This document shows positions 49,044-61,512 of a stretch of 64,000 nt of DNA, one piece after another. The notes beneath the pieces are model-generated. The model saw only the letters and a list, made by a program, of their open reading frames with translations, made no database searches and was not told the origin of the DNA. The position numbers were made by a program, and so were the translations under genes. The stretch comes from Takakia lepidozioides. Lineage: Eukaryota > Plantae > Bryophyta. The DNA lies in the NCBI GenBank assembly GCA_030704615.1, contig CM060731.1, positions 13,268,001 through 13,332,000 on the forward strand, given 5' to 3'. Numbering within the stretch: position 1 is the first letter of the stretch; each line of letters opens with the position of its first letter.

Positions 49044-49857
49044 CATGAACTATGTAATGTGGTATGTGGATGACCATGATTTGAAATGTGTAATTCACAT
49101 CAATTCGTCGGCTGTGCAATGATATGGCCTCCAACTATACGGAGTGAGGTCTGAGTGACAACTTTTAGGTAGTGCACATTTGTCATTGCACCGTTCGAAG
49201 TCTACATGTCTTGCTGTCGCTATGCACTACAATCATCTTTTGAAGATGATCATAACTCTCATTGTTATTTGAGGAGGGAGGAAGTCTTCTCGTGGCAGCC
49301 TTTATGGCGCACACTTTGTGAGGATATTTTGTCGTCTTCGTAATTGTAAAAGTGAAACAAGCATTTGTAATTGCACAATGTTGGATGCTGCAATTGTAGG
49401 CCTCAACGCTCGTCTTGATTCTATTTAGGCAAGATTCCCTGCATTAATTCCACGGTCATAGGACCATCCACGGTTATAGGCGGCGCATGTTAATGCTGAC
49501 GTGGCAGTTGACGGACAGTGCCACGTCATCATTTACCGCCACATCAGCATGCTGACATGACGCTCACGCCACGTCAGCGTGTGTGCAGGCTCACGCCACG
49601 TCAGCTGGCGTGAGCGTACGCTCACGCCACGTCACTCCTGCGTGAGCGTACGCTCGCGCGCTCACGTGCAACGCTCACGCCATTGCGTCGTTGCAATGTC
49701 CTCACTAACTTTTAGGTTACTCTCATTTTAAGTGGGTGCAGTGCTGCTTCTAGTATGGGGCTCTTATCACTTAGTACATCATAGCGAAATTGAAGTGCTT
49801 ATTCTCAGGTAAATCTGTGTCTTTTGGCACTCTAAAGTGAGTTTTTTTTGTTGTCAG

Positions 49858-50055
49858 GGTTAAAGGCCGTGTTGTAAATTGACTTGGGATTGGTCCAGGG
49901 AATAAATTTCACCACAGACAAGTGGATGGAGGCTGGTGCGGAAATGGTAGAGTCACATGTGGATGTGAAAACAACAGACAATTACATGTTGCGGATTTTC
50001 TGCATTGGGTTCACAAAGAAGCGACCCAACCACATTAAGCGCACTTGCTACGCAC
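49858..50055 (+). pseudogene. RPS3A: 40S ribosomal protein S3a (eS1) fragment
   Basis: LKGRV...GINFTTDK...[36 protein letters not shown] matches the eS1 signature. It has internal deletions and abuts the truncated CACTA transposase. Confidence 0.88.
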
Positions 50056-52160
50056 AATTTTTCATTGCCCGCTCCATGGGGTACATCCAACGAGATGCTA
50101 CGGGCCCGCATAAGTACAACTCATCCACTAGGTGAACAACCAGATGTGTCATCACATCAAAAAATAATGGTGGGAACTCCTTCTCTATAAGACACAAAGT
50201 GACAACTGCTTCAGTTCTCAATTCCTCATACTCTACAGGATTCACCACTTTTGCACACAACTTCTTAAATACACGACATACTCGCAAAATGACCCTTCGA
50301 GGACCACTTGCCATGAGCCCACGGATAGCAAGCGGTATAATTTGCTGCATGAGCACATGATAGTCATGTGATTTCATGCCAGACAACTTCTTCTTCACCA
50401 CATGCTTTTTGAAAGCTGATGCGCAGCCTGTTGGCACTTTCAAGTTCTGCACAATCTCCAGAAAGACTTGTAACTCAGCCTCAGTGAGGACATAAGGGGC
50501 AGGAGGCATAATTAACGTACCTACTCTGTCAGGATCACGTTGTAGCCACAATTCCGGGCGCATCCCAAGTAGCTCCAAAGCACGACGAACTTTCAATGTG
50601 TCTTTCTCACCAAAGATAGTTTTAATAATATTTTCAACCAAGTTCTTCTCGCAATGCATTGCATCAAACGTGTGGCAGATAAGGAGACCCTACAAAATGA
50701 ACACATAAGCAATTGAGCATTTACTCATCACAATTTAAACAGAAAACGCAAAAATGTACACAGCCAATTTAAAGGCCATGAAGGAATTACCTCCCAATAA
50801 GATAAGACATATAAAATTGACAATCGCTTAACTCCATGAGTTTTTGTTGGGTCTGTCATGCTATCTGGCGTCCCTCCGTTTTCCACCCATGCAGTGCGAG
50901 CTGTTGCAAGCTCCTTGATTTGTGTTCCAGTTTGCATTTTTGGAGAAGTTTTATGCTCAGTAGCGCCATTGAACATTCTTGACCTTCTATATGGATGATT
51001 GCGGGCCAAAAATCTTCGGTGGCCTAGGAAAACAGTTTTCCACATGTGTATAACTATTGTGAAGTCACCCCGGGTCCACAAGTCCTAGCATAACCTTTTG
51101 TCACTTGACCTGAGAGCAAGCCATATGCAGGGTAGTCATGGATTGACCACATCAACACTGCCCTCAGTGTGAATTCGCGTTGACCACGAGGACGGGAAAC
51201 ATCATGAGCTGCAATCCCTCTCCATAGTTCCAGTAGCTCTTCCACTAGGGGCATCAGGTAAACATCTACGTTGACCGAGGTAATAGACTCCTCACCAGGA
51301 ATCAGTAGCGCTAACATGACAAAGAACTTTTTGGTCATTAACCACGGAGGCAGATTGTAATTGACCAAGAGAACAGGCCATGTGCTCCAACTTGTGGATT
51401 GAGCTCCGTAGGGATTTACACCGTCTAAGGCCAATCCAAATCGCAGAGATCATGGCTCTGCAGCAAAATCCTCAAATGTGGTGTCAATGTGTTTCCATGC
51501 TTTGCTATCAGCTGGATGTCGAACCAACCCATCCTGGCTCTTATGTCTGTCGTGCCATGTCAAGAGGTTAGCGATCGATTTACATCGGTACATACGTTTC
51601 AACCTTGGAATGACAGGGAAGTGTCGCAATACTTTCTTGGGCACACTTCCACGACCTGGAATGTAACGAGAATTGCGGCATACTGGGCAAATGTCTACAT
51701 TCTCATACTCCCCACGGAAGAGTACACAACCACGCTCACAGGCATGAATCATGGTGTACTGCAATCCCATCTTGGCAATCATGGTTTTTGCTTCATAGTG
51801 AGTTTTCGGCAATGAATTCTCTTTAGGCAAAAAACTCTTACGCAACAATCCCAGAAGCTCATCCACAAATGCATTGGTGCACTTGTGGGTAGTGCATGCG
51901 TTCAGCAACATCAAAGTTGTTTGCAGCCGGCTGATCGAGCACCCTTCAAAAAATGGACATTGCGACTGTCGGAAGAGTTTATCATACTCGGGATCAACGT
52001 GCAGGTGAGCATTCTCATCAAATTCATTGTCCCCGGAATCGTCGAGGTCATCGTCATGATCGGCAAATGTGTGATCGGTTCTACCATGAATGGGGTCCTC
52101 TCTGTTTGCATCTGCAAAGAGAAACTGACTTGTGGCATGGGTTTGTTTGTGGCATGGATT
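50048..52160 (-). pseudogene. CACTA transposase (Transposase_21/DUF4218-type), spliced, frameshifted and truncated
   Basis: IHACERGCVLF...CPVC, VLRHFPVIPRLKRMY, HPADSKAW, LALDGVNPYG...STWPV...[59 protein letters not shown]. Intron ~50690-50790. Confidence 0.93.
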
Positions 52161-52401
52161 AATTAATTTGCAGGAAACACTATCAGGGTGCCTTCCTACA
52201 TTATATGAAATTCAAGAGGGTTCAGTGTCACGGTTGTCAGCTGGGAGTGACAGGCGGGTAAGTGTGTTTTCCACGTTTGCTAGAGTGGTTGCTGCATCAT
52301 AGGTTGCTAGGGTTTTTTTCAAGGCTTTTGGCCTGGGTTTTCTTTCCAATGGTTGTTCATGCTAGGTTTTTTTTGTTTGATTCATACTTGGGCAAGTTTT
52401 C

Positions 52402-53595
52402 ATGGATTGGCAGGAGGGAAGTCTCGCATATTCTACAATAGTTGGCAAGATGGATGGCTTGGACAAACTGGTGGAATCACAAGGACGTGACATGGCAGAC
52501 TTAAAATTACAGATGCAGAGCATGATTGAGTACCAGAAAGCCATTGTGGCCAGATTGGGGATTAATCTACCAGGAGCAGGACCAGTGACATCTACGATGG
52601 ATGCGTCTGCTATGACAGTATCAAAATGTTTGGAATCCCAATTTCAGACGGTAACTGGTGCTCATTCTAAGCCCTTATGTCTTCCTGTCACTGATGATCT
52701 TTTGAATTTGACCGAGCAGCAGCAGGATACAAGGAAGGCCAGCTGTGAGGTACACGTGGAAATTCAGCCCTTGCCACGTACAAAGGCAGTAGCAGTCCAG
52801 GGGGCAATGGTGACAGAGCCGCCGGGCACACCGGATTCCGGTATGCAGGTATGTGGGAGTTTAAATGGGGAGGAAGATGCAGACGGGGACAAAACAAACA
52901 AGCAGGTTGCTTTAATTTCTCCTGCTCACATGTTGAAGCCAAATGACAGTTTACTTCTTGGACTAGAGAGGAAGCATTTACTAATTCTGGACTTAAATGG
53001 TCTGTTATGAGAATCTTTTCATTCTGCTAATGGGCATGCATCCCTTCCCAAAGGTTTTGTGGGGAAGATGTGTGGCAAGAAGATGGTAGTTTTGAGACCA
53101 CGCTGTTATGACTTTTTGCAAAAGTGTTTTGAACACTTTGAGGTGGCGGTGTGGTCTTGTTGCCAAGCTCGCAACTTCTTCCCAATGGTGGACTATATTT
53201 TTGCAGCCCACACTAAGTTGGTTTTCCAGTGGCAGTCCATGCTGTAAAGACGAGGAATCCAGTCCTCCATGCTGTAAGGGGTCTGATTCAAAGCCATTAT
53301 ATTTCAAAACTTGACTAGAGTGTGGGCAGACTGGCCAGAATGGACTTATGAGGACACTGTTCTTGTTGACGACACACCAAGAATGGCGGCAAACAATCCT
53401 CCCTTCAGTGGGATTTTTCCAGAGCCATGGAAAGTGCAACCAGATTCACCAACTGATGAGTATCTAACAGAGGTGTTGTGGCCTTTCTTGTGGAAGGCAT
53501 CGAAAGCTGCCAGTATTCCCAAGTTTTTGGAGTCTCAGCCTGTTTTAGGACAACAACCATACAACACTGCTACTGTGAAGGTACAAACATTCTAA
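52402..53595 (+). pseudogene. FCP1/NIF-like HAD phosphatase-domain gene (CACTA cargo), disrupted
   Basis: KHLLILDLNGLL (HAD motif I variant), LRPRCYDFLQKCFEHFEVAVWS, KPLYFK, DTVLVDDTP...NP. Stop at 53008 plus frameshifts. An N-terminal coiled-coil-like segment precedes it. Confidence 0.75.
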
Positions 53596-54899
53596 CAGTG
53601 CTCCAGAGGCTACAATTTTGTGGGTTTATTCATTGTATTGCTTTCCTGGATGCTTCTCCTCGGTTGCTTGATTAATGCTAGGTTTTCTTTGCAGGTTTTC
53701 ATGTTGGTTTTTTTTGTTTGATTCATACTTGGATTTTGTTTCTATTCACTATTCATGTTTGCTCATTGTTTTCCTGGTTGTTCTCTGGTCTGTGACACAG
53801 GAACTTGTGACAAACAAAGGTGATATTGTCGACAAGCCGGTACAGACCAGGGGCAAGAGTGTCGACCCGGCGAGTAGCCCCCCAAAAGAGGTCTCACAAC
53901 CACTCAAGACTGCAAATGGAGTAAGTCCAGGCCCTTGTCTTGTTTGTTTTATTTTTTCCAACCTTGGGGCTCTCTTTAATTCGCAAATGTTGAGTGTCAT
54001 AGTCGTGTGTATGTCATGGGTTTTCACATCGTGTTCTTTTTTGTGTGGAGTTGGGATCGCAGTTCAGGGTGGGTGACGAGAACTCCAAACGCAAGAAATG
54101 TGGAGTAGGGCTGATTGTTGCTATTCAAGGTGCTGTGGTGGGTTACGGGTACCCTGCTGTGCCCTTGATTATGCCTGTGTGTACATCAAAGAGGCATGTG
54201 TCAGTAACACCCCTCTACCATATGTATGGTGTTAGGAAACAGACCGAGTTGGGGCAGGAGGTTGGCCAGACAACACTTTGGAGTCTAAAGTTACTGAAAC
54301 TTATGGAGCTGCGGAAGGGATAGTCAGTATTGCACTGTTTAACAGAGTTCTTGATTCTAATAGCACCAGAACATACTAGCTACAACAATTCAGCCCATGT
54401 GTGGGCTTGCTTGTTTTTTGCTGGGCCTTTTGAGGCATGGATTTTTTGACCTTGTGGCTTTTGAGGTGTCCATTGGGACATTGGTCTCATTTGGATTTTT
54501 GTAATGTGATTTATAGCGCTTGTATTGCCCTGACTATTTTCATTCTCCTTGTGGTTGATAGTATGCAGGAGGGATCCATTCTGTTTTCATGTTGGAATTT
54601 CACCATGTAATGAAGAATTTAAATCATTTAATTCACTTTCATTTTAAATATTATTATTAAAAATAATACCATTAAAAAAATCCAAGGCTGCAATCTCCCT
54701 GTTCTTTTAAATATTAAATGAAAACTAAAAATTAAAATATAAACATTAAAAATATAAACTATTTCGGAAAACAATCTTGATGACACGTGGCATCACTCCT
54801 GCTCAAACCAGAACACATGGCAGTATATGACACGACATTCTTTATCCATATTTTCACCACGTGTAAGAATCCGTAGTCATATATGCTAGTCATATATTT

Positions 54900-55300
54900 T
54901 GTCTGTGTCCCACATGTCACATCTCAAGTGCAACAGGCGTCCCGCTAACAACTCTCCATGTAGACATCCCTGTAGTCATATGAGCGAGTCATGTAGTCAC
55001 CACGTGTGAAATCTGCCATAACACACGTATTCCGCTAGCGCCTCTCCATGTAGGCATCACTGTGCAGACATGTAGTCATATGATCATGGCAAGAAGTCGT
55101 GACATGTCAAATTCGCAGTGGCGCACGTGTCCATCCGTCGCCTCTCCATGTAGGCATCACTTTGCAGACATATAGTCATATGATCCCCTGACGAATGCAT
55201 GATGTGTCGCTTGCGCAGTGGCGCACGTGTCCCGCTGAAGCCTCTCCATGTTGGGAGCGCTCAACAGACAATATAGTCATATATTAGTCATATAGTTGTG
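54900..55300. repeat. Subterminal tandem repeats (~90-110 bp units)
   Basis: CTCTCCATGTAG-CATC...TAGTCATATGA...CACGTGT occurs about four times. Confidence 0.8.
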
Positions 55301-55799
55301 ACTGCAACCCTCTCTGCAGCATGACTCCAGGTGCCACGCAAGTAGTCACGGATATGACTTGCAAAACGCAGTCCTAAAGACTAGTCGCTATGACAGGGTT
55401 TTTTTCACTACAGAGTGATGTAGTCATGAACGCATATAAGACTGAAAAAATAGTCATATGTGAAGTCATAAAAATCATCATCTGTGTATTGTCGGGACTC
55501 ATTGCGAGCGCGAGAGATACTGTCTTTTTGAGAGAGAGACATTGTGCGCGGTGCGGGCGGGGCCATGGTCCTATGAAGTTCCGACCTTGTTTGCATCCCA
55601 TCCCACTAAAGAGAAAGAGCAAGAGGGGTAGGGAAGAGGCCATGCATAACAAAAGAGGATTTACAGAAACTGTAATACTACAGACTACAATCAGACAAAC
55701 TGGCAGTTGACAGACGAAAGCAAACCATCACACTCAAACTCTACTAGTGATACCCTTGCCTGTGATATTGGGAAATATGGCAGGCCAGACAATGACTGG

Positions 55800-57233
55800 G
55801 TTTGAAAGATTCCCAAATTAAGTAGAGATGCAGTGCACTCTTGCTGATCTGTAGGGGCTTGCATTGTCCTGCAACTACTACACACAAATGGTAATGTTCT
55901 CGCAGGCTCTGTATGTACGCATGTAGGAATGCAGCTGACAAACCCTGACTGGTCTCCAAATGTAAAACTGGTCAATTATATGTAATAACATTCCAAACAC
56001 TATCTAGGAATAAGTGCATTGTGCTTCAGCAACATGCCATAACTGGGCATCGACTAATTGTCTAGGCCTCTTGCCTCGAGCTAAACTAGTTGCAACCGGA
56101 CGCGAGCTCTTCACCTATCAGGTCACCACATAGGCAGTGCCATACTTGGAAGCACTCATTCTTGTCAACCCAATCAGAAGTGATTGAGTGGGGTCATATC
56201 AAAGGATTTAAATTGTGGCAAAATCTTTGGAACAACAAATATTTGATTCGAACAATGGTGCCAAGAAGTTGCAACAAGCTCTCCTAATGGCAAACTTGGA
56301 AGAGCGCTCAATTTCACTTGCTAATGAGTGCACTGCAGACTATGCATCCTACATAGTAGATAGGGAGTGCAACCCTACCCTTTGCATACATTTCTAGTGG
56401 CTGCAAAAGATGTCATGGCTTCAAGGCTTGTTTTTTTTCAAGACCAAGCTATTTAACTTGTGAACGGAGCATTGCATAATGTACTTCATCTGAGTTGGCA
56501 AAGTCAGGCTTCAATAATGTAGGTAATATTTGGGCCACCCCAAATGCTGACTTGAAAATGCCTAGTTGGAAATGATTGAGCCATGCCACAATAGAGGTCT
56601 TGAGAAGTTTGATTGGTGATGATGGTACAGGTGCAGTGGTCACCAATTCTGTCGTATTTGTTTTTGAGCTGTGGTATTGACTGGATTGTCCAGCTGTGGA
56701 GTGAAGAGCTGATACTAGCAAAGAAAGATTGTTGTTCTTTTTGGGAAGAACACCAGCCTCAATGAACAGGTTGCCATTGGTATCAAGCGTTGACAGATTG
56801 CATTCAGTGCTGCTGCCCGTGCCAGTGGGCTGCTGCTCCCAGCATCCCTACGGAAACATAGTTGTTGTTGTCTCTGCAGCTCGCTTGTTGCCTTTGACAG
56901 TGGAGCCACACCATCTCTGCCATTTCAATGCGTACCTCTTCTGGACCTGAAGAGAGAGAGGGAGAGCGCCAAAGCACGAAGGAGAAAGAGATGGCGAAAA
57001 TGCGAAAATGGTGAAATGGCACGGGCAGCTGCCCGAAATCGGTGCATCGGTTTAGATTTAGCACTAGGGGGGGTACTGCTAAAAGTCGCCATAAACTACA
57101 AAGGATTAGCTAATAGCGGATAGCACTAGTTAGAGGTAAAATTTGTAAAGCCGGGCAATGCGGCCAGATTTTTCAAGCTAGTATTAGTTAACACTAACCT
57201 AACATCCTTTAGCAGCCCGATGCGGCCGGGGCC
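55800..57233 (-). mobile_element. Possible heavily decayed PIF/Harbinger-like element
   Basis: End ATGCGGCCGGGGCC|TTA near 57233 and TTAGC/GCTAA subterminal motifs. Only faint transposase-like peptides on the minus strand (KGRVALPIYY, WVDKNECF). Confidence 0.3.
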
Positions 57234-58569
57234 TTAAGCAGGACGGAAAGTACCAATGTTGGGTGGGTATATGTATTTTCAAGACCCTATGGTTCGGGAT
57301 CTATAGGAGGAATAGCTTGACTTACCTTCCCTATGGGTTTGTAGAAATGAAAATCGAGAATTATTAGACGTACCCCACACTTTCGTTAGTTGATGGTTCG
57401 GTCACCCAAGGGAAAGGGGGGGGGGGATCCGGTGAGCACGCTCCGCTCACGTGAGCACAACCCACGGTCATGGGAGTTATATGTTTTTAACCTCGGTCAT
57501 AGGAGTTATATGTTTTCAAAACAGAATACAACCATAAGCGTTTTTGGTGCATTTGTAGGTACATCTGCGCCAATTCAGCGAGGCGAAACCTTCACTAGTG
57601 TAGCCAGAAAACCCTAAACCTATAGTGAATTTCTTTTAAGGGAATGTACTATTTTTCAGAACTGCTCTATGACTCTACATTTTGTGGCATACTATAGCAG
57701 ACAAAAGGTTCCTTCATGGATTCGTTATTCTGGACATTGAGTTTCAGATCTATGTGAATAGACATATTCTCTGCAAAACTCTATTTGAAATGCTTGAATT
57801 TGTTTTTGTTCTCCTGTGATAAACAGTTTCTAGTTTCTGTGCCAAAGAGGAAAATGGAGATATTTTTCAAATATCCCACCACCCACCCGAATTTCCCCTT
57901 AGGAAGATCTATATGAAATACAAAGGTGGGGTTTGTATGTTGGTGGAGTAAAAGCCGAGACTGCAACCCACTATTGGTTTAGGCTTCTTGAACTAGATAT
58001 AATACAACAGATGGGAACCATTCAGTGTTAACAACTGAGTATATTTGTTTCCTACAGACGTAACCCACAGAAATATCAACATGGATATGAGCCAAAATAT
58101 AACCAGTTTTTGTGAAATTGGAGACCTAGATAACAAACATAATTTTAGGATAAGTGGAATGTGATAACCAAATTTTAAAAATATCATGGAGGGCTGAATC
58201 TGCATATACTTGTACACAATCCTAGTTCACACTCTTTTTGCAAAGTTTCGTAGGTGCCCATGCTATTTGTGTGGCCTCTGTCAAAATAGTTATTAAAAAA
58301 AATAAAAATCTGGCATGCTTTTTGGGTTATATAGGGTCGTGGCAAGATTCAGCTCTGCCAATAACTCCGTACTTGATCCAAATAGATAGTCATATGTAAA
58401 ATGGTGAAGACTCTTGCCAACATAATTGTAATTTATGATGCCACTTTACCTCGAAGGCCTACTATGTTGAATTTTGAATCCCCACATCTTCTTAGATATT
58501 GTCCAATCAAGTCGTAACTAGTAGTGCAGCAAACCACTAGTTACTTTAAGCCCTCGGTACATCCAATAA

Positions 58570-58710
58570 ATAGCCTAGTGCTTAGTGCTTAGGCCACAAA
58601 ACCATTTCGTTGGTGGTCATGGGTTCAAAACCACATATGTGATAGATGTCAGAAAGGTGTCCACCTTCTCATCATAAGGTAGTAGCTCTTGGGTCAAGAG
58701 TTACACTTGC
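58570..58710 (+). mobile_element. tRNA-derived SINE-like copy
   Basis: A-box-like TAGCCTAGTG and B-box-like GGGTTCAAAACC, then TGTCA-AAAGGTGTCCACCTT, shared with 61390-61430. Confidence 0.55.
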
Positions 58711-60410
58711 TTCGGCAAGAGTCCACATTTGGACCCTTAGGTTCTACAAGAAGAAAATGTTAATTGGCTCATACCAAGATTCTTTGATCAGCTACAAACC
58801 CCGGGAGGTTATCAAGAAGGTTATGTGGATATATAACCGCAGTTTAAAACAAACAAAAAATCGGCAGGGGCTCATAACCGCAGGTTACATAGATCTGAAA
58901 TTTTTAGCCTGAAAACCGTCAAGGATCTGCCAAAGCGGTTATTTGAGCCGGAACTGGCTCATACCCTATTCAAGGTTGGGTAGCGTGTGAGCATGCTCAC
59001 ACCGGCGTGAGCACAAGGGCATATTCCCCGAATTTTGCGACGGAAATTTCTGCAGCGAAATGAAATTGGCAAAACTAACAATTATGCTAAACTAACACAT
59101 ATATAACAAGTAGCCCCTATACCTGATGAACATATTACCCTATAGGCGTGGCTTTTTCTCAATGCGAAACCCACCGCCGCTTAGTGCCCATAGCACATAT
59201 AATTTCTCAATGCAAGTATGGTATAGACATGGATGATCCCGGATATCCAAATCTGGACATCAATCATTTTCACATAATCCACTGCATTATGCATAAAGAT
59301 AGGTTCACCAAACTGGTTATTAGTACGGATCCTGGATATTTTTGAACCAGTAAAGCTTCAACAAGCACATACCATGATTTCAGGAATACCATATGAAACA
59401 GAACTTCCATTTAGAAGTCGAGTTCTATGTAGCATCGACGAGTTAGACTTCATCGTCACCGTGTTCAACTTAGCAGCTTTGACAAGAAAACAAAATTCAA
59501 AATCCATCATGCTGTAAGTTTCCTACCAGATTTCAATTGCACAAAACTAGCTAAACATGAAAGAGTTAGATAAGATTAAGCATCTTATTCCTTCCTTTGA
59601 AGAAGCACCAAGCAAAATGTCAAAGGAGACCCATTCGATACTGGTTGCCATAGGAGTCAAGTGCTTTCCCTTACATACTCCAAAAACAACTATATTACCC
59701 TTCATTCCAAGCTTTTAGAAATTCATGAAAAGTAAAGTAGCCTCACTACGCCCCTCACCAAAACAACCATATCATGAATCCGTTTAGTAAGGAGAGTAGC
59801 AGGCATTCACGCGCGCTACAGTTTTCCAACATGCATTCCAAAGCAAGTAGAAGGATTTCATAGTTAGAACAAGCCCTTACCGCGATAGCAAAATACCTTG
59901 TAAATTTGAGGCAGACCAGCCGTTGCCATTGTAGGTATCCACTTACACTAAAAAACCTAATATAAGAGCAAGGTAAAAGCAAAGTATAACTTCCTGTTTG
60001 AGATACCAAGGGAGGCCTCTGGCTTTCATATAAGCATTAGGAGTCGCAAACTGCAACATTTAAAGCTTGGTTGCAGCATTTAAACCTTGACAGCCCAAGC
60101 CATTGATGGATCTTCTTGAGGGCAGAGCATGGCGAGCCGTTTTGGCTTACAAAGCAACTATCATTCACGTGGCTACATGACATATTTAGGCACCATGCTG
60201 TAAATGAAAACACTTTGCAGGCTTATGGGACTAAACCCCTAATTTAGAACCAGCATTAGTGTTTGTGTTTAAATTTTGACAAATAATAAGTCACTATAAG
60301 AATGACTTTCCATATGAATATGAATGTACATTTTAAGGTATCCTTGGGCATGTCTAAATCATCCCTAAGGTATGATAAAATTGCGGGATAAAATTGTCCT
60401 TCCTAAGGTT

Positions 60411-60430
60411 AGAGAGAGAGAGAGAGAGAG
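60411..60430. repeat. (AG)10 microsatellite
   Basis: Directly visible. Confidence 0.9.
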
Positions 60431-61361
60431 CTAGACTACAAAAGATCTACTCCAAGAATTAGGCTGTTTTCTTTACGAAAAAAGTATTGCAAGCAAGGAC
60501 CAGACATCAACAAGCTCCTATAGCAATAAATTATTGGCAAATCAAGTTTAGTAAGTATAACATAGGTGACAAATTAAAACACCACCTAAGAAAACAACAC
60601 AAAATCTTAGGTCTATGTTTGTAGACCATTTATAGAGGAAGAAAACAACATTCATTTTTCATTTTATCCAAAACCAAGTGGGTGGGAGATAAGATAGTGG
60701 CCATAAGTTAAACATCCATCATTTTAGGTCTAAGAGATGACTACTAATCTAGAAATGCACAAACCATATATTTTTCTTTTATTTGTTTTTACTTTCACAC
60801 TATTTTGTCCCATTGTCGAGGTGGCGGTCTACATGTAATGAACACATGTCATTTTTATTTTTTTTAATTTTCTTAAAAAAATGGGATGTCGAGCGACCAG
60901 CGACTGCAGGACCACAGTTGGGCGACCACAGGACCACAGTTGGGCGACCGTTCAATGGCTATGGATTTTATTTATTTATTTATTGGATTCCGGCAACCGT
61001 GGTTTTGGGAATATAACATTAATTTAACACCTAATAACATACATTGTTTCTTTTATTACTACCTAATATCTTTCATGCGAAGAGTCTCAATAATTTTTTA
61101 TTTTCAAGTTTTTTTTAGTTTTTTTTCAGTATGTGAAATTTGAGTATCTGATTGTGAAGAAATCTAATTTGCGTTGAGAAGCTTTATGTTGGACCTGACA
61201 ATTTTCAATTTGGATACCTGAGAAATTGATAACTGGAAGAAAACAAAATTGGACCCTTTTATGGATGACCTCCAACCGGTCAAATTTTCAACTCCCTACA
61301 TTATGCATAAAGGCCTTGGTTCCTCTCCCTCTGCCCATAATGCTCAAATCTAGACAACGAA

Positions 61362-61512
61362 GTTGTAGCCAAGTGGTTGTGGGTTCAATCCACCCTTGGT
61401 GTCACAAAGGTGTCCACCTTTCTAGCGGAAGGCAGTAACCCTTGTGGGTGAAGAAACACCATAATTTACGCTTCCTTGGGGAGGCGTCAAATATTATTAA
61501 ATAATATTATTG
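61362..61512 (+). mobile_element. tRNA-derived SINE-like copy
   Basis: TAGCCAAGTGG (A box), GGGTTCAATCC (B box), a body shared with the copies at 10215 and 58570, and an AT-rich tail. Confidence 0.6.

Larger units (their letters stand above)
38494..49691. mobile_element. Mutator-like (MULE) DNA transposon with two divergent genes
   Basis: Flanked by direct repeat GCAAGGTCCTCA (38482-38493) / GCAATGTCCTCA (49693-49704). Imperfect TIRs AGGATGCCTCGGCGTGAGCCTGGTCACGTGAGCGCG vs ACGACGCAATGGCGTGAGCGTTGCACGTGAGCGCG. GCTCACGCCACGTCA subterminal repeats. MULE-type transposase inside. Confidence 0.85.
37170..55491 (-). mobile_element. Large CACTA-bounded composite element with captured gene fragments and a nested Mutator-like element
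   Basis: Degenerate ends CACCAAGAGATGAGCGTTTTTAGGACT (37170) and the reverse complement CAATACACAGATGATGATTTTTATGACT (55491). Dense ATGACT repeats on the left (37230-37700) are mirrored by AGTCAT repeats on the right (54870-55470). A CACTA transposase lies inside. No clean 3-bp TSD, so the two ends could belong to two related copies. Confidence 0.6.
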
